This document shows positions 18,043 through 27,565 of a DNA stretch of 64,000 bases, piece by piece. The stretch comes from a virus (lineage: Duplodnaviria; Caudoviricetes). The notes under the pieces are model-generated. The model was given only the letters and a program-made list of their open reading frames with translations. It was not told the DNA's origin and did no database searches. Position numbers and translations under genes: made by a program. The stretch lies in IMG/VR virus record IMGVR_UViG_3300011217_000001, positions 96,001 through 160,000 of that record. The stretch is one strand, 5' to 3'. Position 1 is the stretch's first letter, and every line of letters begins with the position of its first letter.

Positions 18043-18252
18043 TTAAACGCGTTGGATCTGGAGGAAAGCTCCGGACTCGGGTGGGATATTGATGTCAGGC
18101 TGGGCGTCCATGAGGATCTGGATACCCAGGGTGCTCACCAACATCGGAGAATCGTCAGTGACCATGATCATCGCACCGAGAGAGCTGACCAAGGCAGTGC
18201 CCTGGTCATCCTGCAGGAACATGGCACCCAGTGAAGAAACTCGGGCAGTCAT
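18043..18252 (-). CDS. Small protein with three VS(S/T)LG repeats
   Basis: VSSLGAMFLQDD / VSSLGAMIMVTDD / VSTLGIQILMD; SD GGAG. Confidence 0.6.
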   Translation of the reverse strand: MTARVSSLGAMFLQDDQGTALVSSLGAMIMVTDDSPMLVSTLGIQILMDAQPDINIPPESGAFLQIQRV

Positions 18253-18262
18253 GGCAAGCTCC

Positions 18263-19378
18263 TTAGCTCAGCGGGGAGACCAGGGTCAATTCCAGCGCTG
18301 CGAGATTTGCCGGAGTGAGCACATTCTGATCTTCGGTGGACCACAGCAGATCCGTACGGAATGCGGCCGTGTCGAAGAGCGTGTTGATACGCTTGTCCGG
18401 ATCGAGCGTCGTACCGGCCGGGCCGAATACCGTGGAGAGGACACGACGCGTGGACGCCTGATCCCGCTTACCGCGCACGAACAGCGACGCCGCGTAGGCT
18501 TTCTGGTGCGAAGGCAGGTTGAACTCCAAGCGATAACGATCGCCCAGGTTACCGAGGTCCGGGGAGCTGATATACTTGGTATCATCGCCAGTGTTGGGAC
18601 CGGTGACCAAACCCAGGTTGTCCTCACCTTCGGACGGCTTCCAGTTCTTCACCAGCGTCAGTGTCGGCTGGCGACTGATGACCATCTGCGGACCCAGACG
18701 GGTGTCGCTGACGTAGATATCACTGTAGGAGGCGGCCATGTTCCAGATGTAGTTGGAGCCGTTGCTACCGAGTGCGAACGTGGTGAACGGGCCGGTAATC
18801 GAACCGTTGAAGGTGGTGCCTATCTTCACACCGTCGATGTACAGTTCGAACGAAGCAGTACTTGAACCGGTGCGGAGCATCCTGAGCTCGATATAGTACT
18901 CCTGCCCATCGACGAACTGATAGGGGATGGAGTTGGTGGAAACGCCGAAGTACACCGTTCCTGCCGCCGGCGAGAATGCCAGGTACACGCCGCTATTGAT
19001 GGACAGGATGGAATACCACGTGTTCGGGTATGTCGCACCCACCGGATTGATCTTCTGCTTCTTGAAACGGAACCCGAATACGGTATTCTGACCATTGGTC
19101 CCGTGGACGCCGACAGGCAGCGGGAAGGTCGCTGCAACAGTGCCGCCCATCTGCTGTTCACCGGCCCACCAGGTGAGAGATTTGCGGCGGTTGGCACCCT
19201 TACCCATCTTGTATCGATCCAGATCGGACACACCGATGCTGTGATCCTTGCCGGCAGTGTTACCGATGGTCGGCTTGCTGGGATGGTTCAACAGACCCGC
19301 ACCGAGCAGGGGTCCGTTCTTAGTAGCATTGTCGCCGCTTCCGAACAGATCGAAACCGGTCATGAAGTAGATGGCCAT
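18263..19378 (-). CDS. Putative tail-fibre/receptor-binding protein, lectin-like beta sandwich
   Basis: 371 aa; MAIYFMTGFD start, YYIELR..FELYIDG, SDIYV..RLGP motifs. Confidence 0.55.
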   Translation of the reverse strand: MAIYFMTGFDLFGSGDNATKNGPLLGAGLLNHPSKPTIGNTAGKDHSIGVSDLDRYKMGKGANRRKSLTWWAGEQQMGGTVAATFPLPVGVHGTNGQNTVFGFRFKKQKINPVGATYPNTWYSILSINSGVYLAFSPAAGTVYFGVSTNSIPYQFVDGQEYYIELRMLRTGSSTASFELYIDGVKIGTTFNGSITGPFTTFALGSNGSNYIWNMAASYSDIYVSDTRLGPQMVISRQPTLTLVKNWKPSEGEDNLGLVTGPNTGDDTKYISSPDLGNLGDRYRLEFNLPSHQKAYAASLFVRGKRDQASTRRVLSTVFGPAGTTLDPDKRINTLFDTAAFRTDLLWSTEDQNVLTPANLAALELTLVSPLS

Positions 19379-19451
19379 TACTTTTCCCTTGGGGTGGAAG
19401 AGGGTTAGAACTCAGGGTCAACATAGGATAAGTTCCGGCCTTTTCGGGGAC

Positions 19452-19494
19452 AAAAAAAAAAGAGACGGCATAGCTGGGAGGTTTCCCTCCCAGC
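19452..19494 (-). terminator. Hairpin-TATGCC-T run
   Basis: Minus strand GCTGGGAGG-GAAA-CCTCCCAGC-TATGCCGTCTC then long T run. Confidence 0.75.
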
Positions 19495-19497
19495 CGT

Positions 19498-20166
19498 TTA
19501 TGCGTCGTTCTGCTTCAGCGTGAGAATGTCCCACACGTCAGCTCTGGTGCGATGGCGCTGATGAAGCTTGTGCTCCCACTCGATCTTGCCACCCTTCAGA
19601 CCAGTGGTGGTCAGGTCGGTCAACTGACTGGAGGAAAGAGGCGTCCAGTCCATGCCCTGGAGAGCAACTATGGTAGCGGTCTGATAGATCGCCGGCATCG
19701 GATCAGGGGTGAGCAGGTCAGCCGGGAACATGGTCAGGAACTGGCCCTGCAAACCGATGAACAGCTCGTGCACTCCGCCAAGGTTGACGAAGCTACCGAT
19801 GTGCTGGACTTCACCCTTGTCATCCCAGTCGCCGCGAATCCGGTACAGCTTGGTCGGAGTCAGGACGAAGAAGTCGATTGCGTTGTGGCGGATCTTGCCC
19901 TTGTCGAACATGGGTAGTTCTGCCAACGGCGCTGCATCGAGCAGGCCTTCGTTGATGGCCTCAGCGAAGTCATGCGCTCCATGGAAGATCGGTTGCTCGG
20001 GGATGTGCAGCGATCCCACTGCGTAACCGGCGGCAACGATTGCCTCACCATGGAACTTGAAATCATCCTCGCCCCGACGATGGTACAAGGCGCTGATGTT
20101 GATGGATTGAATCGGGGCCACGATTCGCGTAGCCCCACCATCGTTCTTGATGTAAATCAGACTCAC
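19498..20166 (-). CDS. Hypothetical protein, possibly degenerate Ntn-fold paralog
   Basis: 222 aa, ATGA-coupled to upstream HslV-like gene. Confidence 0.6.
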   Translation of the reverse strand: MSLIYIKNDGGATRIVAPIQSINISALYHRRGEDDFKFHGEAIVAAGYAVGSLHIPEQPIFHGAHDFAEAINEGLLDAAPLAELPMFDKGKIRHNAIDFFVLTPTKLYRIRGDWDDKGEVQHIGSFVNLGGVHELFIGLQGQFLTMFPADLLTPDPMPAIYQTATIVALQGMDWTPLSSSQLTDLTTTGLKGGKIEWEHKLHQRHRTRADVWDILTLKQNDA

Positions 20167-20852
20167 GGAGAAACTCCCAGACGCTCGTAGAGCTGCGTGT
20201 TGTCGGTCCTGCGCCTACCACCCATCAGAACCCTGTCTTTGCCGTCAGCAGCCCCTGTGAAGCTGATACAGGCACTATGTAGGGCTTGGGTGATTGCAGC
20301 ATCGGAATTGAGGATACTGAAGGCCGTAACCAGCGGACCATTCTTCCCTTGCGGGTTCATGGTGACGCCAATCAACGGACCTCCTGCATTGGGATACATC
20401 TTGCATACCAATGCGGTTACTTCCGGTGCTTTCATCGAGGTGCGCTTGAGCAGCTTCATTGCAAACGAAGCCCCCGAGCCCATGGCGAACGGAGCGTCCA
20501 CCGACTGGATGCTCATCTTCACACCCTTGTAGGATGCGAGGTAGAGACCATTGACGGTGAGGATCAGCAGCTTCCCAGGCTTGGCATTGAATGCCTTGAA
20601 CTTGGAGGACTGGACGGCCAGCTTGCGCAACTTACCCTGGATGAGGTAGGAGAGCATGAACTCACTTGTCTTCACGTTACCGCAGCGGGCAGCTGCGATA
20701 ACCTTGGCACTTTCGAAGACCACTTCCTTGTCCGCCAGCGAGACCAGCTTGGGGTGACTGTCGTTGGTCTTGACAGCCACGCCAGAACGGATCGTGCTGC
20801 GTCGTGAGTCACCGACCAGCGTGAGATCAGAGTCGACGACTACGATACTCAT
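20163..20852 (-). CDS. HslV/proteasome-beta-like Ntn hydrolase
   Basis: M-SIVVV...GDSR, FAMGSGASFA, C-terminal GG motif. Confidence 0.6.
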   Translation of the reverse strand: MSIVVVDSDLTLVGDSRRSTIRSGVAVKTNDSHPKLVSLADKEVVFESAKVIAAARCGNVKTSEFMLSYLIQGKLRKLAVQSSKFKAFNAKPGKLLILTVNGLYLASYKGVKMSIQSVDAPFAMGSGASFAMKLLKRTSMKAPEVTALVCKMYPNAGGPLIGVTMNPQGKNGPLVTAFSILNSDAAITQALHSACISFTGAADGKDRVLMGGRRRTDNTQLYERLGVSP

Positions 20853-20853
20853 G

Positions 20854-21504
20854 TCAGTGGATCCTTTTGGGCTTGGATTTGGTCTTCTTGTTCTTGTTCG
20901 CCTTGCCGGCACGCTTGCGTCCCTTGGCACGAGCGATCTGCAACTGAGCCTGCAGACCGAATGCGCCTGCCACGCCGGACAGGCCACCGTTGCGGTACTG
21001 TCCACCCAGCGGCGGAAGCTTACCGGTGCGCTTCTCGTAGCAGGTGATGACCTTCTCGATAGAGGCCGGGAAGAAGGAAACCTTCACCCCATCCGGCTCA
21101 CCTGCAGCGATCGGAGAGTTCTGCTCACTGCTCAGGAGCATCAGTGCGATCTCGCCATCGAAGGGCGGCAGTTCGTGACGCATGGTGAACTCGGCCATGG
21201 CAACGGTCATCTGGTACAGCAGAGCTGCGCCGGTGCGGTTGAAGCCTTCGGCATCTTCGGGGTGGAAGATGGTCTCGTAGGGAACGCCGACGGTGTGGAC
21301 ACCCTTGTCGTTCTCATACAGGAACACGGCCATGGAGGGTTTGATTTCGATATCCCCCAGGGTGACCATCTTCATGTACTTCATGTCGTGCTCCTGACGA
21401 TCAGCCAGCAGCTTGACACCCGCAGCCCATCCGTTGGAGTGACCGCCGTGCTCCCGACGCCCGGCGTCGGTGTTGAGTACGGTAATTGCGTTGATACGGT
21501 CCAT
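20854..21504 (-). CDS. Hypothetical protein with basic C-terminus
   Basis: 216 aa in coupled operon. Confidence 0.65.
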   Translation of the reverse strand: MDRINAITVLNTDAGRREHGGHSNGWAAGVKLLADRQEHDMKYMKMVTLGDIEIKPSMAVFLYENDKGVHTVGVPYETIFHPEDAEGFNRTGAALLYQMTVAMAEFTMRHELPPFDGEIALMLLSSEQNSPIAAGEPDGVKVSFFPASIEKVITCYEKRTGKLPPLGGQYRNGGLSGVAGAFGLQAQLQIARAKGRKRAGKANKNKKTKSKPKRIH

Positions 21505-21519
21505 GGTTCTTGTTACTCG

Positions 21520-22092
21520 TTAGGAAGGAAGAAGGGGCGATTGGTAGTTGCGGTTTACAAACATCGAGTCACCGGTGACCTCCACCTCGAACTCAACGTA
21601 GATGTCGTTCTCGGGCAGACTGGCTACCATCTCGTTCAGCGGACTGAGCATGCGCCATTGGTCTTTCTTGGCATCAAAGCCCAGGATCAGGTTCTCCGAC
21701 ACAGTGCGGATATCAGCAGGCGTCAGGGGACGCGTCGGACCTTGGAGCATTTCACCGATGCAGCGCATGTAGTCGGGATCGGTGTAGTCTTCGTACCAAG
21801 GTTCGTAGGTGCCCCTCAGTACGAACTTGCTCCCCTCAACCCTACCCCTGATAAGGTTGACCATGTTTTCGAGGTTGGCCGCCTGGAAGTACGATCCCAG
21901 ATACTGACGGATGTAGTTCGAACGATCCGTCAGCTTACTCAGGCCGTGCAGGTAAGCGCTCTTGAGCACCACCTGCATGTGGTCCTCGGCCTGCTTGATC
22001 AGCTTGTCAGCGGACACTACGTTGAGCAGGCACTGTTGGAAGATGACGTCTGTTTCCGCAAACGCCGAGGTAAGGCGTGGATCTTTACGCAC
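21520..22092 (-). CDS. Hypothetical protein
   Basis: 190 aa, SD AAGGAG. Confidence 0.6.
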   Translation of the reverse strand: MRKDPRLTSAFAETDVIFQQCLLNVVSADKLIKQAEDHMQVVLKSAYLHGLSKLTDRSNYIRQYLGSYFQAANLENMVNLIRGRVEGSKFVLRGTYEPWYEDYTDPDYMRCIGEMLQGPTRPLTPADIRTVSENLILGFDAKKDQWRMLSPLNEMVASLPENDIYVEFEVEVTGDSMFVNRNYQSPLLPS

Positions 22093-22095
22093 AAC

Positions 22096-23205
22096 TTACT
22101 CCTTGAAGAACTTGAGCTTGGTAGCGCGCTCGTAGTTGCGGATGAGATTGAAGAGCGGCTCCACCGGGCTATCGTCGACGGGCGCTCCGGTGGTCCAACT
22201 GCCGGTTTCCATGTCGACTGTCAGACGCGATGCTTCAATGATGCGTTGGTCCAAGGTGGTGAGAGTCGGACCTACCATCGCAGTCCAAAGGATCGCAGCT
22301 TCCAGATCCTTGGTGATGTTGTAGTTCGCAGCTGAACTGAGCTGGTACTCAGCCGGGATGAAGTCCGTGCCGATCCCAGAACACTTGCAGTGCTGGATGA
22401 AGTCGCCGATGGTCTTGGAGAAGCGCAGACCCTGGATAACCGGACGCGCCTGGTCGCGGATGTTTTCAGGTGCCCTGCTCGACAGGTATCTGAGATCCTT
22501 GTTATTGCAGGCCAGAAGATAACGAACGTCGTCTTCGAAGATCGGCGAATCGCTCTTCATGTAACCGGGGATATAGGCCGCCATCGTTTCCTTGTGACGG
22601 TGGTCGTTCCAGTGGGTCAGGAGCCGTACGTTGTAACGAGAGAGCGCGTAGTCGATCATGAACTGCCATGCGCTGACGCCGACAAGGCCCTTCGGTCCTT
22701 CCTCGTGACGTTCGAGATTGTGGAACATCCCATCCATCTTAACCACCCAGAACGGGTTGACGTTGTGGACCCATCCTGCCTTGGTGATATTGGCGAGCAC
22801 CGTGTAGGGATTGTGGACCACCTTACCATGGATCACGGTATGATCGACCATCAGGTACATGTCGATCAGCCGGCCGAGGAGTGCGTCCTTGGTGCGGGTC
22901 AGTCGAAGGTGGAGGCCACGCGTATGGAGGAGTTGCTTGCACGGACGCAGTGCGAACTCGATATCGTCGTGTCGGTCCGCTGCTGCATTGATCGCCAGGG
23001 TCGGCATCATGCTCATACCGCTCGGGTCGTCGAGCGCGCTCCATCGAATCGTCAGATTGTGGGTACGCGTACATTCGGCCAACGCCTCTTCCACGGTCTC
23101 CATCACCATTTCGCGATAGAACTTGCGCTTGGTAAAGGGCATCTCGGTGTAGGGGACGTTCTGCTCGGTGATCTTGTCGTTGGCGCGTTCGAGGAAACCT
23201 TTCAA
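22096..23205 (-). CDS. Hypothetical protein
   Basis: 369 aa, TTG start overlapping upstream stop. Confidence 0.65.
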   Translation of the reverse strand: MKGFLERANDKITEQNVPYTEMPFTKRKFYREMVMETVEEALAECTRTHNLTIRWSALDDPSGMSMMPTLAINAAADRHDDIEFALRPCKQLLHTRGLHLRLTRTKDALLGRLIDMYLMVDHTVIHGKVVHNPYTVLANITKAGWVHNVNPFWVVKMDGMFHNLERHEEGPKGLVGVSAWQFMIDYALSRYNVRLLTHWNDHRHKETMAAYIPGYMKSDSPIFEDDVRYLLACNNKDLRYLSSRAPENIRDQARPVIQGLRFSKTIGDFIQHCKCSGIGTDFIPAEYQLSSAANYNITKDLEAAILWTAMVGPTLTTLDQRIIEASRLTVDMETGSWTTGAPVDDSPVEPLFNLIRNYERATKLKFFKE

Positions 23206-23762
23206 GTTGAATCTCCGTTGATAATGGGTTTGTAGTTGCGAGGGCTGTTGATGACAAAGCTCTGGAACTTGCCGTCTTCGGTTTTCTTGAAGGTCGACAA
23301 TGCCAGAGATTCCAACTGACCCAACTCGGGATAGCGGGCGTACGCTTGCTCACGTAGCAACTCGGCAATATCGCGCGGGTCGTAGTCGTCGGTATCCAGA
23401 CCTTCCCGGTGATCCCAGGAGATCATCATGTCCAACAGGGTGCCATCGGGCAGACGGGCAGTTGCCACGTAGAAGCCTTCAGGCATTGCGGGTGTACTTT
23501 TGCCGTCTGTGGGGAAGTCAGTACGGTCATACTCGGCGGTAAGATCGGTGAGGAAGAACAGACCACGGATCTTGTCACGACGCTGCTCATCTGCGATCGC
23601 TTGCCTGATGCGCTCGAAGAGATGCTCGCGGGCCGTCTTGTATCCCAGCTTGTAACAATGGGCCGGTTCTGTCCCATCGGACATGGTGTCCAGTTCATAC
23701 TGCGAGTCCAGCTCGATATCTCGCAGCACATGTGCAGAGATCTTTAACGGCACGGTGGGCAT
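23202..23762 (-). CDS. Hypothetical protein
   Basis: 186 aa, SD AAGGAG. Confidence 0.7.
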   Translation of the reverse strand: MPTVPLKISAHVLRDIELDSQYELDTMSDGTEPAHCYKLGYKTAREHLFERIRQAIADEQRRDKIRGLFFLTDLTAEYDRTDFPTDGKSTPAMPEGFYVATARLPDGTLLDMMISWDHREGLDTDDYDPRDIAELLREQAYARYPELGQLESLALSTFKKTEDGKFQSFVINSPRNYKPIINGDST

Positions 23763-23780
23763 ATATCTCCTTAGGGTTCG

Positions 23781-24182
23781 TTATTCGAACTCCCCGTAGT
23801 AGTGGTACGGAAGGTTGTACTTCAAGGAAATCTCCTTGAAGATATCGTTGAGCAGATGGCGGTGGCAGAAGTGGCCGGGAGTGCAGTAGCAGGAAATCAC
23901 GTAGACGCACTTGCGCTCCATGATCTCTTTCCACTGCCGGCGCTTCTGATTCCAGCTGGCCACCATCATGCGACGGTAGTCGCGGGTGTAGTCAGCTTCG
24001 GTGTAGGTAACGTCCGTATACGGCAGGACGCCATCTTTCACCCCGCGCACCATGTCCCAGGTGGGGGCGAAGATACTGTAGATCGGTGGCGCGGAACGCA
24101 CCGAGGTATCCATCAGGATGAGGCCAGCCTCGTTGAGCCTGTACGAGCGATCACGAGAGATCTGGCCTGTCATGGTTTCCAT
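23781..24182 (-). CDS. DUF488-like protein
   Basis: FAPTW...Y...Y and CYC..FCHRHLL motifs. Confidence 0.6.
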   Translation of the reverse strand: METMTGQISRDRSYRLNEAGLILMDTSVRSAPPIYSIFAPTWDMVRGVKDGVLPYTDVTYTEADYTRDYRRMMVASWNQKRRQWKEIMERKCVYVISCYCTPGHFCHRHLLNDIFKEISLKYNLPYHYYGEFE

Positions 24183-24191
24183 GAGACTCCC

Positions 24192-24623
24192 TTAGAATTG
24201 TGGATCGTAGTAGACGGTAAGGAACACACCTTTCTTGGTAAATGCGTCGAACTCGTAGGAGCATATCCTCGCATCGAATGGATCGATGTAAGGGCGCAGG
24301 CTATCAGTCACCTTCTCAAAGACCTCCAAGATGAGCTGATAGTTGCGCTCCACAATCTCTTCTGATTCTCGCTGGCCAGCATTCTCTCCGGGGTCTTCAT
24401 CGGAGTAGATGTAACTGATCAGTTGCTCGATTGTCAGATCTTCAATGGACGCAAAGTTCTTCTGCCAGTCGGAGTAGACCAGCCAGTACTTCAGGACGAT
24501 GTGGTAAATGATCTCCCAGTCGAGGTGAGCCTCGGCCAGGATCTTCACCAGACGTCGCCCCACTACAGCAGAGCCCGCAGGCTCTATGTAGAGTTTAGTC
24601 GAGGTCATCGAATTCCCGGACAT
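24192..24623 (-). CDS. Hypothetical acidic protein, paralog of 24595-25026
   Basis: 143 aa. Confidence 0.65.
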   Translation of the reverse strand: MSGNSMTSTKLYIEPAGSAVVGRRLVKILAEAHLDWEIIYHIVLKYWLVYSDWQKNFASIEDLTIEQLISYIYSDEDPGENAGQRESEEIVERNYQLILEVFEKVTDSLRPYIDPFDARICSYEFDAFTKKGVFLTVYYDPQF

Positions 24624-25026
24624 CGATAATCACCCTTCGCTCTTCAACAATCGGATCTACGTGGACAGGATCGCGATACTCGTCCTGTGCAAACGTATCC
24701 CGCATCAGTGGTCCCAGCACAGGCGCTACTTCGTCATAGACGCGTAGGAGCCCTTTGCACATCATCTCGGTAAGCTCATCACGCAGATGTTCGGAGGAGT
24801 TCACCAGATCCTGATCGTAGCGATCGAAGAAATACTCCTCCAGCCAATCGGCTACTTCGTTGTACAGTTCGTGCTCTGCGTCGTTCTCGTTCGCATAACG
24901 CAGCTCACGCCAGTTGTAGAAGTAGGCGTGAATGAACCAGTCCGGCTCGATGGAGTGCTCGTACAGACGGCGGATCGTTTCACGACCCACCGTAGCGACC
25001 AGATCAATCGGAACCGCCAGCTTCAT
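24595..25026 (-). CDS. Hypothetical acidic protein, paralog of 24192-24623
   Basis: 143 aa. Confidence 0.65.
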   Translation of the reverse strand: MKLAVPIDLVATVGRETIRRLYEHSIEPDWFIHAYFYNWRELRYANENDAEHELYNEVADWLEEYFFDRYDQDLVNSSEHLRDELTEMMCKGLLRVYDEVAPVLGPLMRDTFAQDEYRDPVHVDPIVEERRVIIDVREFDDLD

Positions 25027-25027
25027 G

Positions 25028-25477
25028 TCAGTTGGGATTTTCGATGATCATCGGGCCGTCCATCACGGCATCTTCCGGCTCGGCGCCGTCGTCCTTGATG
25101 AACAGGGCGAAGTACTTACCCGTCAGCTGACCGGACAGCAGGACGAAGTTGTTGAGCATCAGCGAGGTCTCGCGGATGTGCTTGTCGATCTCGTTCTTCA
25201 GTTCCTGCGCCATGTCCATCGGAGCGTAGTACAGCAGCACTGCCGGCCAGTTCAGGCGATTGCCCTTGACCAGCTTCGGATCGATCTTGACGAACCCACG
25301 ATGGGTCTGCAAACCGCCGATGGTGGAAGCGGTCTGTTCCTTATCCAGGGTCACATCGATGACTTCAGTCGGGCCCGGAGCATAGAACGGCTTCAGGGCA
25401 GCGGCTACGTCTTCCACGTCGAAGTGATCAATGTTTCCGTCCAGGGTGAAGACGGTGATGGTGCGAGTAATTGTCAC
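25028..25477 (-). CDS. Hypothetical protein
   Basis: 149 aa, SD GAGGAG, first gene after early promoter. Confidence 0.7.
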   Translation of the reverse strand: MTITRTITVFTLDGNIDHFDVEDVAAALKPFYAPGPTEVIDVTLDKEQTASTIGGLQTHRGFVKIDPKLVKGNRLNWPAVLLYYAPMDMAQELKNEIDKHIRETSLMLNNFVLLSGQLTGKYFALFIKDDGAEPEDAVMDGPMIIENPN

Positions 25478-25544
25478 GGTGGTTCTCCTCTCTTAAAGAA
25501 TGATTCTGGTCTATCCAGATTAACGTAAAGGTTGACTCTGCTAG

Positions 25545-25561
25545 GTAATGTAGGTTTGAAA
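25545..25561 (-). promoter_or_regulatory. Early-type phage promoter
   Basis: TTTCA-AACC-TACATTAC. Confidence 0.75.
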
Positions 25562-25573
25562 AGCCTTTAATGC

Positions 25574-25610
25574 GGCATAGAGGAGGGGCGCGATGCCCCT
25601 CCTCGTATGT
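25574..25610. terminator. Hairpin flanked by TATG motifs
   Basis: GGCATA-GAGGAGGGGC-GCGAT-GCCCCTCCTC-GTATGT. Confidence 0.7.
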
Positions 25611-25612
25611 TG

Positions 25613-26992
25613 TTAACGACCCTTCAGCAGGGCGATGCGATCGCGTGCAGCTTCCATGCCCGCGTCGATGCGCGAGGACAGCTTCTTGACGAACTCCAGC
25701 GAGATCATGGTGTTGGGATCTTCGGTGGGGTAGGTCTTGGAGAGAGCGGTCTGCTCGGAGAGCGCGCGTGCTTCGTCCAGCAGCGGAGCAGTGCGTGCAT
25801 CGTCCATCATCTCGACAGGGGTCAGCACACCGATTTCACTGCCGAGTGCTTCCACGCGGTCAGCCATCTCCTGCATGTCCACCAGATAGCTCTCCACAGC
25901 CACCAGGTCATCCATGCGGTAGTTCTCGGTGTAGTACACCCGACCGGCTTCGGAGATGCGCCAGACGCCTTCCTGCTCGCCAGGTTCAACCAGACCACGG
26001 TTGCGCAGGTTCTCCAGCTCCTGGCAGATCTGCTCGTTGCCGTCGTTGACGATCATGTCGCCAGCGAACAGCTCGCTCAGGTGTGCCCGCTGGGCTTCGC
26101 TGATGTCACCCTCGACGTCGGCAGCGGCGACGGTGCCATCGGGGTCGGACCTGAAGGATTCGGTGGCAGGGGCGCCGTCTTCGGTTCCCTTGCCTTCGTC
26201 CTTCGAATCATCACCTTCAGCGGAACCTTCATCGCCACCCTCCGACTTGTCCTCGGTGTCCGGCTTCTCTTCGCCGGTCTGATCAGGCTTCCGCTCGCCT
26301 TCATCCGGGTTCGGGGTCTGGCTGCCATCTTCGCCTTCCGGCTCGGAGTCAGTACCGCCCTGGTTCGGCTTGCCCAGATCGCTGGCGCCGGCCAGGTACT
26401 GGTTGCCCAGGATGAAGACCGTGCGCATCAGCTCTTCGATCTTCTTGTGCTCTTCTTCCGTACGGTTCTTGTACTGGTTGACGATCACATCGGTGCAGGT
26501 GACCGGAAGCTTGGGCACGGCATCGACCGGCTCCTTGACTTCCATCTCGATCTTGCACCATTCCTCGAAGGTGCCGTCGGGCTTGACGTAAACGTCAACT
26601 TCCCAGACGTTCTGCGATTCGGGGATCTCGAAGATGTAGCGAACCTTGTTGCTGCCACCGGTGGCCAGCTTCTTGACGAACTCGAAGATGTCCTTGGTGA
26701 CTTCCAGTTCGACTTCGTCCTTGGCGTCCTCACCGGGAGTGATGACCTTGATGCACTGGACGTAACGCTCACCCTGGTAGCGGCGCACACGCACGCATCC
26801 CGGGTAGGGGTTCTTGTCACCGGCTTCGACACGGATCTCCCACTGCTCGTGGGTTTCCTTGCCTGCCGCCCGCTCCAGCTCGGTGAAGTCGGTCAGCTTG
26901 CCGTAGAAGACGTACTCCAGCTCTTTCTGAGCTGTGCCGTTTGCCTCTTCAGCCTCCATGGAGGCGAAAAGGTCGTGGAGACTGTTGGTCAT
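25613..26992 (-). CDS. CYTH (triphosphate tunnel)-like domain protein with acidic linker and head-protease sites
   Basis: ELEY (ExE), RVRR, KVRY, WEVDVY, KIEMEV motifs; SME, ATE, SLE sites. Confidence 0.65.
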   Translation of the reverse strand: MTNSLHDLFASMEAEEANGTAQKELEYVFYGKLTDFTELERAAGKETHEQWEIRVEAGDKNPYPGCVRVRRYQGERYVQCIKVITPGEDAKDEVELEVTKDIFEFVKKLATGGSNKVRYIFEIPESQNVWEVDVYVKPDGTFEEWCKIEMEVKEPVDAVPKLPVTCTDVIVNQYKNRTEEEHKKIEELMRTVFILGNQYLAGASDLGKPNQGGTDSEPEGEDGSQTPNPDEGERKPDQTGEEKPDTEDKSEGGDEGSAEGDDSKDEGKGTEDGAPATESFRSDPDGTVAAADVEGDISEAQRAHLSELFAGDMIVNDGNEQICQELENLRNRGLVEPGEQEGVWRISEAGRVYYTENYRMDDLVAVESYLVDMQEMADRVEALGSEIGVLTPVEMMDDARTAPLLDEARALSEQTALSKTYPTEDPNTMISLEFVKKLSSRIDAGMEAARDRIALLKGR

Positions 26993-27103
26993 GAAAGTGC
27001 CTCTGGGAGTGAGCAAAGCAGGCCTTTGCCCGCTATAGCATAGTCGTACTGGCAAAGAAAAAAGATCGAGGAGATTACCCTCCCCTTACAGGGAGGGCGT
27101 TTA

Positions 27104-27556
27104 TTAAGGGGCTTCCTCGTAGTTGTAGATAGTCTGCAGCAGGTCGGCGGCGGCACAGACGAAGCAGCACTTGTTGAAGATACGTCCGGATGCAATCAGA
27201 CGCTTCACGTTGACAAATGCGTACACCACGCGACCTGTAGGATTGAGAGGATTGACTCGGAAGTTGAACAAGGCTACCAGAGTGAACAGCGTCCCATCGA
27301 AGGCAGGCGTCAGCAGGTTCTGGTTAGCCAGAAGCGGCTGCCACTGGATCATGTTGTCCGGGAACAGTTCGCCCGCCGGACCAAACTTCAGATCCTCCTT
27401 CAATTGCCTGCCCATCTCAGGAGGAAGGTACAGACACTCCTTCAACGGTACGGTTGCCTTCACCGAACCATGCATTTTCTTTACGTCCCCCGGATCTGTT
27501 ACGAACAAGAATGACCCGTCGTAACTCGTCTGTGGGGGAGCCATCGGTAGCTTCAT
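27104..27556 (-). CDS. Hypothetical protein
   Basis: 150 aa, SD GGAG. Confidence 0.6.
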   Translation of the reverse strand: MKLPMAPPQTSYDGSFLFVTDPGDVKKMHGSVKATVPLKECLYLPPEMGRQLKEDLKFGPAGELFPDNMIQWQPLLANQNLLTPAFDGTLFTLVALFNFRVNPLNPTGRVVYAFVNVKRLIASGRIFNKCCFVCAAADLLQTIYNYEEAP

Positions 27557-27565
27557 GTGTCTCCA

